From Deltaproteobacteria bacterium RIFCSPHIGHO2_01_FULL_43_49 (GTDB lineage: Bacteria > UBA10199 > SPLOWO2-01-44-7): DNA of 64,000 bases. Below are positions 8,500 to 17,529 of this stretch, piece by piece. Both the position numbers and the translations under genes were made by a program. The notes beneath the pieces are model-generated. The model made no database searches. It was not told the origin of the DNA and worked only from the letters and a program-made list of their open reading frames with translations. The stretch covers positions 46,631 to 110,630 of the forward strand of contig MGRG01000002.1 in NCBI GenBank assembly GCA_001798075.1, in the 5' to 3' direction. Position 1 is the stretch's first letter. The number at the start of each line of letters is the position of its first letter.

Positions 8500-10497
8500 A
8501 TGCTGCGCACACTTTATCAATATATCGCACCGCAGACACTGGCTTGGCTCATTGTTGCCCTTCCATTGGCCGGTGCGACAATCAATGGGTTCTACTCTCT
8601 CGTTGCTTCCAGATTTCACAAACATGCTTCGCACTCATTCACCTCACTCATTGGTTGCGGCCTGCCTGTTCTTTCTTTTGTGATTTCTTTGCTCATTTTT
8701 GTTACTTTAATCGGTTTTTCTGCGGGCCAAGACCCTACCATGATCACCGGCCCGCTTTTTCAGTGGGTGGTGACGGGAAATTTAACAATCGATCTTGGTC
8801 TCAAGTTTGATCAGCTCTCTCTCGTCATGGTCCTCATTGTGACCGGTGTTGGCTCTCTCATCCATATCTATTCGATGGGCTACATGGGGCATGATGAAGG
8901 GTACGCACGTTATTTTTCTTATCTCAATTTATTTTTATTCTTCATGCTCCTTTTGGTTTTGGGAGATAGTCTGGTCCTTCTTTTTGTCGGCTGGGAGGGA
9001 GTGGGGCTCTGTTCTTATTTGCTAATTGGTTTTTGGTTTGAAGATCCTACAAAAGCGGCCGCCGGGAAAAAAGCCTTTATTGTGAACCGAATAGGCGATG
9101 CCGGCTTTTTGCTGGGGATGTTTTTTATTTATGCAACACTTTCCTCACACAATCTGCCGCCGACCGAACATCAATACAACTTTTTTAATTTTGAGGTGAT
9201 CAAACACCATTCGGCTTATTTGATGCCGGTTGCTACACCCATTTGTTTGCTTTTATTTTTGGGGGCTTGCGGAAAGTCGGCACAAATTCCTCTTTATGTT
9301 TGGCTACCCGATGCCATGGCCGGTCCCACACCTGTTTCCGCCCTCATCCATGCCGCAACAATGGTGACCGCCGGTATCTACATGATCGCAAGGCTTAACT
9401 TTTTGTATGTGTTGAGCCCAACTGCGATGCAGGTTGTGGCGTGGATTGGAGCTATTACCGCCATCTTTGCCGCAACGATTGGTCTCACACAAACCGATAT
9501 CAAAAAAGTTCTGGCCTATTCCACCATTTCGCAATTGGGCTACATGTTTTTGGCCTTGGGTGTGGGGGCTTTTAGTGCTGCGATTTTTCATTTGATGACT
9601 CATGCCTTTTTTAAGGCCCTTTTGTTCTTGGGGGCGGGCTCTGTGATTCACGCCATGGGTGGAGAGCAAGATATTCGTAATTTCGGTGGCCTGAAAGAAA
9701 AAATGCCGATTACCGCTTGGACTTTTGTGATTGGCGCTGCAGCCATTTCCGGGATTTTTCCTTTCGCCGGATTTTTCAGCAAAGATGCCATTTTGTGGCA
9801 CACTTTTCATGGGGGTCATATCAGTCTTTGGTTGATTGGATTTGTGGGGGCGGGGCTCACCGCATTTTATATGTTTAGGCTCGTTGGCATGACTTTTTTT
9901 GGCCAACCTCAGATGGGAAGAGGCGAGTGGCAAAAGGTACATGAGTCCCCTCCATCGATGGGGTTTGTCCTTCTTTTCTTAGGTGTCTTGTCGGTGATTG
10001 GCGGCTGGGTCGGAATCCCTGAGGCCTTTGGTGGTGGGGATCATTTTCATCACTGGCTCTCCGGGGTTTTTGGAAAAATGGTCGTGCACGAGGGGATGGA
10101 AGAGGGTCACGCTGCCGAAATTATTTTAACCGTTGTCTCTTTGCTTTGGTCACTCCATTTTGCAATCCTTGCCAGTGTTATTTATGCGCAACGACGCGAA
10201 TGGCCCACCAAAATGGCCGAGAAATTTCAGTTTTTATACAAACTGATCTTCAACAAATATTGGATCGATGAACTCTATGATTTTATCATTGTGAGGCCTC
10301 TTGTCACTCTTTCCGAAAAAGTTTTTTGGGGAGTGATTGATGCCAAAGTGATTGATCAATATGGGGTGCACGGTGCCGGTCGGCTCATGATTTTTTGGAA
10401 TCGCTGTGTCACTGCCGTGCAAACGGGAGTCGTGCAACAGTATCTTTTATTTTTTGTGATTGGTGTTGTTTTGATTCTTTGGGGGTTTGTGTTTTAA
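8500..10497 (+). CDS. nuoL: NADH-quinone oxidoreductase subunit L
   Basis: 665 aa antiporter-like subunit. WEGVGLCSYLLIGFW and GKSAQIPLYVWLPDAMAGPTPVSALIHAATMV motifs. Confidence 0.95.
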   Translation: MLRTLYQYIAPQTLAWLIVALPLAGATINGFYSLVASRFHKHASHSFTSLIGCGLPVLSFVISLLIFVTLIGFSAGQDPTMITGPLFQWVVTGNLTIDLGLKFDQLSLVMVLIVTGVGSLIHIYSMGYMGHDEGYARYFSYLNLFLFFMLLLVLGDSLVLLFVGWEGVGLCSYLLIGFWFEDPTKAAAGKKAFIVNRIGDAGFLLGMFFIYATLSSHNLPPTEHQYNFFNFEVIKHHSAYLMPVATPICLLLFLGACGKSAQIPLYVWLPDAMAGPTPVSALIHAATMVTAGIYMIARLNFLYVLSPTAMQVVAWIGAITAIFAATIGLTQTDIKKVLAYSTISQLGYMFLALGVGAFSAAIFHLMTHAFFKALLFLGAGSVIHAMGGEQDIRNFGGLKEKMPITAWTFVIGAAAISGIFPFAGFFSKDAILWHTFHGGHISLWLIGFVGAGLTAFYMFRLVGMTFFGQPQMGRGEWQKVHESPPSMGFVLLFLGVLSVIGGWVGIPEAFGGGDHFHHWLSGVFGKMVVHEGMEEGHAAEIILTVVSLLWSLHFAILASVIYAQRREWPTKMAEKFQFLYKLIFNKYWIDELYDFIIVRPLVTLSEKVFWGVIDAKVIDQYGVHGAGRLMIFWNRCVTAVQTGVVQQYLLFFVIGVVLILWGFVF

Positions 10498-10501
10498 TTT
10501 T

Positions 10502-12058
10502 ATGCTGATTGAGTGGCTACAATCTCATTTGCTGAGTTTGATGGTTTTTCTGCCGACGGCGGGCGCACTGTTTATTTTATTACTTCCCAAAAATGAGGCG
10601 GCCTCCATCAAAGCAACCGCTTTGGGATTTACCCTTTTCACATTGCTTACCAACATTTGGGCGTGGTGGTTTTTCCATGGCCTAGCCGACTTTGAATTGC
10701 AAGAAACACTCACCTGGATTCCGGCGTTCAACATTTACTATCGTTTAGGAGTTGATGGGGTCAGTTTCCTGCTCATTACACTAACCAATTTTTTGATGCC
10801 CTTGGTTGTTTTGTCTTCCTGGAGAGAAATCAGAACCAAGCTCAAAGAATACATGTTTTTGATGCTCATTTTGCAAACCGGTATGGTGGGGACATTTGCC
10901 GCCCTGGATCTTTTTCTTTTTTATGTCTTTTGGGAAGTGATGCTGATCCCGATGTATTTCTTGATTGGTGTTTGGGGCTCTGGCCGAAAGATTATGGCGG
11001 CCTTCAAGTTCATTCTCTATACAATGATAGGAAGTGTCTTGATGTTGGTCGCCATTTTGTATGGTTATTTCAAGGGAGGACAGAGTTTTAATTTTGTCGA
11101 TTGGCTGACCATTCCCTTTGGTCTCAAGGAACAACTTTGGCTCTTTTTGGCCTTTGGGCTCGCTTTTGCAATCAAAGTTCCTCTCTTTCCTTTTCACACT
11201 TGGTTACCCGATGCCCATACGGAAGCCCCAACGGCGGGGAGTGTGATTTTGGCCGGCGTTTTATTAAAAATGGGAACCTATGGATTTTACCGCTTTGCGA
11301 TGCCCTTTTTTCCAGAGGCGGTTCGCTATTTTTCTCCCTATATTTTGACTTTGGCCGTTGTGGGAATTGTTTATGGCTCACTGGTTGCCATGGTCCAAAA
11401 AGATGTGAAGAGGCTTGTTGCCTATTCCTCGGTTGCGCATTTAGGTTTTGTCATTTTGGGATTGTTTGCGCTGAATCAAAAGGGGGTTGAAGGGGCTGTT
11501 TTACAAATGATCAATCATGGACTCTCCACCGGAGCCCTCTTTTTGCTCGTTGGGATGATTTATGAAAGACGTCACACACGCCAAATTTCTGCGTATGGTG
11601 GGATTGCGGCTAAGGTTCCAGTCTATGCCTTTTTCTTTATTTTTGTCACTTTGTCTTCAATTGGTTTGCCAGGGCTTAATAATTTTGTTGGAGAGTTTTT
11701 GGTTTTGTTGGGTGCTTTTGAAACAAAAGGGATTTTTGGAATAGTGGCTGTTTTGGGTGTGGTTTTGAGTGCGATCTATATGCTTTGGATGGTGGAGAGG
11801 GTCTTTTTTGGAAAGTTAGAACATGAGGAAAATAAAAAATTGCAGGATTTGGGTTTAAGAGAGGTTTTGATTTTGGTTCCCCTTTGTCTGGCAATGATTG
11901 GAATTGGTGTTTATCCAAAACCGATCATGAACAAGATGCACTCTTCGACAGAAGCGTTTTTGAAATTAACAATGCGTACGGATGCGAAGGCTTCCGCTCA
12001 GTTGCTCACACCTTCGCACCAATATATGAAAAATGATGCAAGAATTATTAAAAATTGA
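10502..12058 (+). CDS. nuoM: NADH-quinone oxidoreductase subunit M
   Basis: FYVFWEVMLIPMYFLIG and HTWLPDAHTEAPTAGSVILAGVLLKMG motifs. ATG 10502 is preferred over the TTG at 10487, which overlaps nuoL. Confidence 0.92.
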   Translation: MLIEWLQSHLLSLMVFLPTAGALFILLLPKNEAASIKATALGFTLFTLLTNIWAWWFFHGLADFELQETLTWIPAFNIYYRLGVDGVSFLLITLTNFLMPLVVLSSWREIRTKLKEYMFLMLILQTGMVGTFAALDLFLFYVFWEVMLIPMYFLIGVWGSGRKIMAAFKFILYTMIGSVLMLVAILYGYFKGGQSFNFVDWLTIPFGLKEQLWLFLAFGLAFAIKVPLFPFHTWLPDAHTEAPTAGSVILAGVLLKMGTYGFYRFAMPFFPEAVRYFSPYILTLAVVGIVYGSLVAMVQKDVKRLVAYSSVAHLGFVILGLFALNQKGVEGAVLQMINHGLSTGALFLLVGMIYERRHTRQISAYGGIAAKVPVYAFFFIFVTLSSIGLPGLNNFVGEFLVLLGAFETKGIFGIVAVLGVVLSAIYMLWMVERVFFGKLEHEENKKLQDLGLREVLILVPLCLAMIGIGVYPKPIMNKMHSSTEAFLKLTMRTDAKASAQLLTPSHQYMKNDARIIKN

Positions 12059-13526
12059 TTGGTTAGTTTTTTTGCGGCAGACCCTGCCTTTGCTTCTTCC
12101 TTTGGGTGGGGGCGGTTTTTTATTATTAGTGGGCCCATTTTTTAAGAGGTCTCATCGTTTTAATTTTATCTTTTCTATTGCGATTGCCTTACTCGCCCTT
12201 TTCTTCGCCTGGCAAGAATGGCTTGGAGCCACTAATCAAACTGTCAACCTTTTACTTTTTGATCGTTTCACCTATCTTTTTGCCATTTTATTTTTGATAG
12301 CCCTTATTTTAACGCTGTTACTTTCTTATTCTTATTTGGAATCGTTTGGATTAGTCCGGCCGGAATATTATGCCCTCCTTTTATTTGCCGTTTTTGGGAT
12401 GATGTGCATGGTGGCGGGTCACGATTTGATGGTTGTCTTTTTAGGTTTAGAAGTGATGTCGGTTTCTGTCTATGTTTTGGCCGGTTTTCAAAGAAGCAAT
12501 GTTTTAAGTGTAGAAGCGGCATTAAAATATTTTTTGGTGGGGGCTTTTGCCAGTTCTTTTTTGCTCATGGGAATTGCCTTTATCTATGGGGCCACGGGTA
12601 CAACCGATTTAATTGTTCTTCATCAAAAAGGATTAGGAATGTTAGCCGGTGAGACAAGAGTTTATGCCTTGGTGGGGTTGAGTCTGCTCGCCGTTGGTCT
12701 TGGATTTAAAATCGCCCTCGTCCCTTTTCACTTCTGGGCGGCGGATGTTTATCACGGGGCCCCTGTTATTGTGACGACATTCATGGCCACCGCCGTGAAA
12801 GCCGCCGGCTTTGGCGCCATTTTGAGAGTTGTTTGGGCATTGTTTCAATGGGAACCACTCCTTTTTGCTAACATGATATGGGTGGCTTCTGTCTTGACGA
12901 TGACGATTGGCAACATTGCGGCCCTCACACAGAAAAATTTGAAACGAATGCTTGCCTATTCTTCAATCGCCCATGCCGGTTATGCAATCCTTCCATTAGT
13001 TGCTTTTAGCAAGCAAGGAGCTTCGGTTACTTCCAGTATTTCTTTTTACATGTTGGCCTACATTTTGATGACAGTAGGGGCCTTTGCCGTTTTGATTGCT
13101 TTGTCGGAAAAGGAAGAAAAATGCACTATTCAAGATTTGTCAGGCCTGGGAACTAGAAAACCATTCTTGGCTTTTTCAATGACCCTTTTTCTTTTGTCTT
13201 TAACCGGCATTCCCCCAACGCTTGGGTTTTTTGGTAAATATTATCTGTTTTTGCAAGCTGTTCAGGCTGGCTACATTTGGCTTGCGGTGATTGGTGTCAT
13301 TAATAGTGTGATTTCGGTCTATTATTATTTGGGCCCCGTTGTTGCGATGTATTTTTCAAAAGAAACTGCTGACCAAAAAGTAGGGCCTACTTATTGGTCA
13401 CCCCAAGCCGTATTGGTTGTGATTTGGTTTACTTTTTTAGGAGTTAGCCTTTTTGGCCTTTTCCCATCCAATCTTTTGGACCTGATCCAAACTTCCGTTT
13501 CTTCTTGGCTAGTGGCTGGGAAATAA
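12033..13526 (+). CDS. nuoN: NADH-quinone oxidoreductase subunit N
   Basis: 497 aa antiporter-like subunit. FGLEVMSVSVYVLAG and FHFWAADVYHGAP motifs. Last gene of the operon. Confidence 0.9.
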   Translation: MMQELLKIDWLVFLRQTLPLLLPLGGGGFLLLVGPFFKRSHRFNFIFSIAIALLALFFAWQEWLGATNQTVNLLLFDRFTYLFAILFLIALILTLLLSYSYLESFGLVRPEYYALLLFAVFGMMCMVAGHDLMVVFLGLEVMSVSVYVLAGFQRSNVLSVEAALKYFLVGAFASSFLLMGIAFIYGATGTTDLIVLHQKGLGMLAGETRVYALVGLSLLAVGLGFKIALVPFHFWAADVYHGAPVIVTTFMATAVKAAGFGAILRVVWALFQWEPLLFANMIWVASVLTMTIGNIAALTQKNLKRMLAYSSIAHAGYAILPLVAFSKQGASVTSSISFYMLAYILMTVGAFAVLIALSEKEEKCTIQDLSGLGTRKPFLAFSMTLFLLSLTGIPPTLGFFGKYYLFLQAVQAGYIWLAVIGVINSVISVYYYLGPVVAMYFSKETADQKVGPTYWSPQAVLVVIWFTFLGVSLFGLFPSNLLDLIQTSVSSWLVAGK

Positions 13527-13704
13527 ATCTTTGCGAGGGCTTCCCCTGCCTGGACGAATTTAGGACTGGGTGTATAGAGATGTCGATGGTGGTTTAAATA
13601 TATCTTACCATCGCCTCATCATTTATAAAAGAATTGACAGAGAACTAAAAGCGAACTAAAAGAAATAGCCATGCTACTAAAATTAGTAAGTATTTGAAAT
13701 TATT

Positions 13705-14997
13705 ATGTTTAATGAATTTAATCCCTTTAACCCCAACTCAATTGTAACGCCCACATTATTTGCTGGGCGCCATGAACAAGTCTTGCAGATACTTAAAAAA
13801 CTAGCCCAAGTTCGTGAAGGGCTTCCCTCTAGCTTTGTACTTCAAGGAGAACGAGGTATTGGTAAAACGGCTTTGGCAAAACTTATTCTTCATGTTGCTG
13901 AGGCTAAAGATCCAAAATTGGAAAAACTCAATTTTTTGGCTAGTTATTATAGTGTCGAGAGAGGTCAAACTTTTGAATCGGTCTTGCAGGCATGTTTAAA
14001 CTCAATGACCGACCGTATGCCAGATACGGTTCTCAAACGGTTGACCAATCGGCTAGGGGGTTTTTTTAAGAATGGTAAGTTTACTATTGGGGCCTTTGGT
14101 GCCAGCGCTACCTATGAAGGTTTAGGCTCATCTACTCCAGAAGAAGCTTTGCTTGCTATGAAAGATCGTGCTGTCTCCATTTTTTCTAATATCATTAGTG
14201 GATTAGATGAGGTCCAAGATACAAAAAATAAGCGAGATGGAGTTTTATTAGTTATCGATGAAATCCATAATTTGAAAGACCTTTCAGGCACAGCACAGGT
14301 TCTACGTGCTATTGCTACAACATTAGATGTCAATCAGTTAGGCAAAATTTCTTTTATGATCATTGGCTATGCAGAAGGTATGAATCATTTTTTTGAGGGA
14401 GATCCATCTGCTCGGCGACATTTTGATTTGATAAATTTGGCCGTTATGCCTAGGCACGAAGCAAAGGAAGTGCTTATAAAGGGTTTTACAAGAACGGGTT
14501 TAACATATGATGAAAATGTTTTGGAAAAAAACATCGATGTTGCGGGTGGTTATCCTCATTCAATTCAGATTATTGGTCATAATCTTGTCGGCGTTGACGA
14601 AAATCAGCATATTGATCAAGACGATTGGGCAAAGGCTTTGCGGCGATCTGCTATTGAATTAACTCAAAAAGATTTTTCAGAATTTTATGATTTCAAGGGC
14701 AGGGGAACACTTCGTGAGACCGTATTAAACCTTTTAGCTCTGCGCGGACGGCCCATGACTAAACAGGAGATAAAAAAACTCAGCGATGGAAAAAACATTT
14801 ATACAGAAACCTGTTTAGGAGCTTTGAAAAAATCAGGAGCCATCAAAGAAACGCCAGACAGAACCATTGTGCTTCACTCAATGCTTTTCCGAGCAGCGAT
14901 TCTCATACACCTGTACACACATGCACAGGAAAACCAATCCTATAGTGATTTGATCAAAAAAATTAAGTCGCTCAACAACAAAACCGATTCAATTTAG
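13705..14997 (+). CDS. AAA+/STAND-like ATPase (ORC/Cdc6 or Arch_ATPase-type) with C-terminal winged-helix domain
   Basis: FAGRHEQV...GERGIGKTALAK (Walker A), LLVIDEIHN (Walker B), GGYPHSIQIIG (sensor-2-like). C-terminal LNLLALRGRPMTKQEIKKL looks like a wHTH. Confidence 0.75.
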   Translation: MFNEFNPFNPNSIVTPTLFAGRHEQVLQILKKLAQVREGLPSSFVLQGERGIGKTALAKLILHVAEAKDPKLEKLNFLASYYSVERGQTFESVLQACLNSMTDRMPDTVLKRLTNRLGGFFKNGKFTIGAFGASATYEGLGSSTPEEALLAMKDRAVSIFSNIISGLDEVQDTKNKRDGVLLVIDEIHNLKDLSGTAQVLRAIATTLDVNQLGKISFMIIGYAEGMNHFFEGDPSARRHFDLINLAVMPRHEAKEVLIKGFTRTGLTYDENVLEKNIDVAGGYPHSIQIIGHNLVGVDENQHIDQDDWAKALRRSAIELTQKDFSEFYDFKGRGTLRETVLNLLALRGRPMTKQEIKKLSDGKNIYTETCLGALKKSGAIKETPDRTIVLHSMLFRAAILIHLYTHAQENQSYSDLIKKIKSLNNKTDSI

Positions 14998-15161
14998 GAA
15001 TAGAAGTAAATCATCTCAAAAAGAATTTAAGGGAGATGGAGACTTAACCTAAGCGGTACCCCAAATATGAAATGGGTCATCAGCTTTCCCATGGATTTAA
15101 GCCGTGAAGTGTTCTAAGTGAGACTTCTTCTATGAAAAAGAAATTGCAAGGGGAGAGATAA

Positions 15162-16001
15162 ATGAGCTTTTACAGATATTTCAAATTTGAAGATAGTTTA
15201 AAAACTCTGTCCTCACTTTGCCTTCGCATGTCAGATCCACGTCATTTTAATGACCCTTTCGAGTTCAACCCAGTAATCGATTTAAGTGATATTACTTATG
15301 ACAAAGCCACTGTTTATTTTGGTTCTGAGAAGGGGCTTGAGGGTATTTACAGAGAGAAAGGCACTAAAGAACCATATACTCAATTTAAAGAAAATTTTTT
15401 AAAAACTGAACTGAAGGGTTTTGTTAATAAATGGCTGGATAATCGTCATGTGCATGAGGAAAAGATGAGTTTTCAAAGCGCCCTCTGCCCAAGGTTTAAT
15501 GTTGTTTGTGGCTCGTTCACACCATTATCAATTTTGATGTGGTCTCACTATGCTGAAAAACATTCAGGCGTGGTAATTGAGTTCAATCAAAATGAATCTC
15601 CCTTTTCACGAATACAGAGAATAGGAAGATTGATAAATGTGAATTATGAAGACAAAAGACCTCTTTATAAATTTGGATTTGATCATAGCGAGCTAGAACT
15701 CCTTGAAAAATTCAACCAAGTTGCAAGAACTAAATATACGTGTTGGGGCTATGAAAAAGAGGTTCGAGCCGTTTTGCCGGTGGGAGATGATATAGTGAAA
15801 ACACGTGTAATAAAAAAGTTAGATGATCATTATTACCTTTCAATTACTCCGCGATCAATTTCATCAGTTATCATGGGATCTCGAATAGAAAATACCAGCT
15901 ATGAAGCGCTGAGAGGAATTTTAAACCAGGAATTTTTTAAGCATATTCAGTTAAAAAAATGTTTTTTGTCGAAAAGTAAATTCGAATTGGAAATCGAATA
16001 A
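15162..16001 (+). CDS. DUF2971-family protein
   Basis: Family hallmarks as I recall them: FYRYFKF...LRMSDPRHFNDPFEF, ILMWSHYAEKHSGVVIEF, WGYEKEVRAV and SSVIMGSRI. SD GGGGAGAG upstream. Confidence 0.75.
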   Translation: MSFYRYFKFEDSLKTLSSLCLRMSDPRHFNDPFEFNPVIDLSDITYDKATVYFGSEKGLEGIYREKGTKEPYTQFKENFLKTELKGFVNKWLDNRHVHEEKMSFQSALCPRFNVVCGSFTPLSILMWSHYAEKHSGVVIEFNQNESPFSRIQRIGRLINVNYEDKRPLYKFGFDHSELELLEKFNQVARTKYTCWGYEKEVRAVLPVGDDIVKTRVIKKLDDHYYLSITPRSISSVIMGSRIENTSYEALRGILNQEFFKHIQLKKCFLSKSKFELEIE

Positions 16002-16006
16002 AAAAA

Positions 16007-16040
16007 GTCCTTGGAGTTCCAAGGGCTTTTCTATCTTTGC
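16007..16040 (+). terminator. Rho-independent terminator after the DUF2971 gene
   Basis: GTCCTTGG-AGTT-CCAAGGGC stem-loop followed by TTTTCTATCTTT. Confidence 0.6.
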
Positions 16041-16041
16041 T

Positions 16042-16226
16042 CCGCGAGGTGGATTCGCAAAACCGTTAGCAATTTGGGTGAGAAAGGCGTCTCGGAGGCG
16101 CTTGCGACAGCGGGGGCTATAATCATGCAAGCGCCGAGAGACGAGTGGGTGTTTTGGGGCGCTCCCCGAAACAACCCACGTCCTTTCGAATCCCAAATTG
16201 CGGAAGGTTTTGCGATATATGTCGCG
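16042..16226 (+). repeat. H3 Y-shaped structured repeat, copy 1 (variant)
   Basis: Basal stems CGCAAAACC/GGTTTTGCG and GCAATTTGGG/CCCAAATTGC. Apical hairpin GCGCTTGC...GCAAGCGC with a GGGGGCTATAAT loop. 3' side hairpin GAGTGGGTGTTTTGGGGCGCTCCCCGAAACAACCCACGTC, then CTTTCGAA. Confidence 0.8.
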
Positions 16227-16271
16227 AAATAAATCCTTGGAATCCCATCCTAGCTAGTTTACACTTCGTTT

Positions 16272-17030
16272 ATGGCCGATTTTGAAACCGACATTCCTGA
16301 TTTAGGCGAGATTGATGTTCCAACCGGTTTGGATGATCTCCTTTCAGAATCAACTCGCAAAAAGCAAGTGGTGGGGAGTTGGGGGTTTCACTCCAATTTG
16401 AATTTCACAAAAATGTCTACCGAAGAGACCAATGTCTGGTTTTTTGAACAGGTCTTTAACTTTTTGCGGGCTTTTTTTGGTTTGGTGGTTCCAGACCATA
16501 TGGAAGTCATCACTTATAATGCCGTCAAGCAGATCAAGAAAGAAAACCTAAATCCAATGACTTTTTTGGATGAACTGATGTTGGTGATGAAAAATTTGAA
16601 TGAACCGTTGTGGGTCATTCGCTTGCATTTAAACCTGGTTGGATTTTTACGCACTGATTGGGATCCAGATAACTTGGTCCGCTTTCAAATCCAAGAGCCG
16701 GCCAATTTTGTGGTTTGGGGTGGGCCGGACGAAAACGGTTTTCAAACCTTTTCGATCAGCTATGCTTTGTTTTCGAATCAAAAACTAAAAGGCGAAGATT
16801 CTTTATTATGGTCGATTAATCAGCCGTTGTTGGAAAAGGCTATGAAGAAGTGGGAAAAGCAATCAGGCCATCGCATTGAAGTCGTACGTGGCAACAGCAA
16901 AGATTTAAATTTGTATCAGCACGGTTTTAAGGAGCCGGCCCCAACTGGCGCCAAACCGTTTGGCACTACGCAACAACCCGAAGAACCTTCCGAAGATAAA
17001 ATTCCGGATCTAGATGACCTAGACATTTAA
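16272..17030 (+). CDS. Hypothetical protein with acidic IPDL motifs at both termini
   Basis: 252 aa. N-terminal DIPDLGEIDVP and C-terminal KIPDLDDLDI. No recognisable domain. Flanked by H3 repeats. Confidence 0.6.
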   Translation: MADFETDIPDLGEIDVPTGLDDLLSESTRKKQVVGSWGFHSNLNFTKMSTEETNVWFFEQVFNFLRAFFGLVVPDHMEVITYNAVKQIKKENLNPMTFLDELMLVMKNLNEPLWVIRLHLNLVGFLRTDWDPDNLVRFQIQEPANFVVWGGPDENGFQTFSISYALFSNQKLKGEDSLLWSINQPLLEKAMKKWEKQSGHRIEVVRGNSKDLNLYQHGFKEPAPTGAKPFGTTQQPEEPSEDKIPDLDDLDI

Positions 17031-17069
17031 AATCTTCTCCGACCTATACGATTGGGGTTGTTTCCTTAA

Positions 17070-17234
17070 GTGACGAAAGCTTCCGCTCGTTGGATTCTCA
17101 GGGACGTGGGTTGGTTTGGGGAGAGCCCCAAACCACCCACTCCGCTCTCCCCCGCCAAAATATGAATAGCCCCCACAAAGAGTTGGCGGGGTCCGAGAGG
17201 CCCTTCGAATCCAACTCGCTCGCGCTTTCGTCAC
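17070..17234 (-). repeat. H3 Y-shaped structured repeat, copy 2 (reverse orientation), nested in an outer hairpin 17048-17258
   Basis: The reverse complement reads GTGACGAAAGC...GAGTGGGTGGTTTGGGGCTCTCCCCAAACCAACCCACGTC...GCTTTCGTCAC, with the same module order as copies 1, 3 and 4. Confidence 0.8.
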
Positions 17235-17263
17235 GCCAGTCGAAAACAAACCCAATGCACAAG

Positions 17264-17308
17264 CACTCCAAACTACAGCTATAGTTCGAAGCGCCCCTGC
17301 GAAAAATG
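17264..17308 (-). repeat. Linker hairpin L (reverse orientation)
   Basis: Reverse complement CATTTTTCGCAGGGGCGCTTCGAACTATAGCTGTAGTTTGGAGTG matches 22109-22151 and 28374-28419. Confidence 0.75.
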
Positions 17309-17329
17309 CACAATTTAGTTGGGAGAAAT

Positions 17330-17480
17330 GAAAAGGCGCGAACGAGCTAGGTGAGAAGGTGTCCACAGTCCCGCCACACTGATTGGGGGCCTAATACCTG
17401 GCGGAACGAGGATAAAGTGAGATTTTGGGGGCCTTCCCAAAATCGAGCGGCCTTCGAACCTGGCGAGTGGAAGCCTTTTC
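17330..17480 (+). repeat. H3 Y-shaped structured repeat, copy 3
   Basis: GAAAAGGC-GCG-AACGAG...CCGCCA(loop with TTGGGGGCCTAATA)TGGCGG...GAGATTTTGGGGGCCTTCCCAAAATC...CCTTCGAACCTGG-CGAGTG-GAAGCCTTTTC. Confidence 0.8.
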
Positions 17481-17529
17481 ATTTTGAATCAATCAACAAA
17501 AGCATTTTTCGAAAGGGTCGGGGAAGGGT

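Noticed and set aside
13634-13662. TTGACA-17 nt-TAAAAG as the promoter of the AAA+ ATPase gene
   Set aside because: The -35 box is perfect but the -10 box matches only 4 of 6 positions in an AT-rich region where such matches are frequent. This is too weak to list as a feature.
16175-16200. TTCGAATCC/TTCGAACC strings in H3 copies (16186, 17205, 17453 and 19986) that look like tRNA T-loops
   Set aside because: There is no 5-bp T-stem around them, and no acceptor, D or anticodon arms. They are part of the H3 consensus (YTTTCGAA). No tRNA gene is called in the window.
13527-17529. Calling the 13.5-17.5 kb island a prophage or integrative element
   Set aside because: No integrase, transposase, tRNA attachment site or phage structural gene was recognised. 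Only the compositional impression and the repeat flanks suggest foreign origin.
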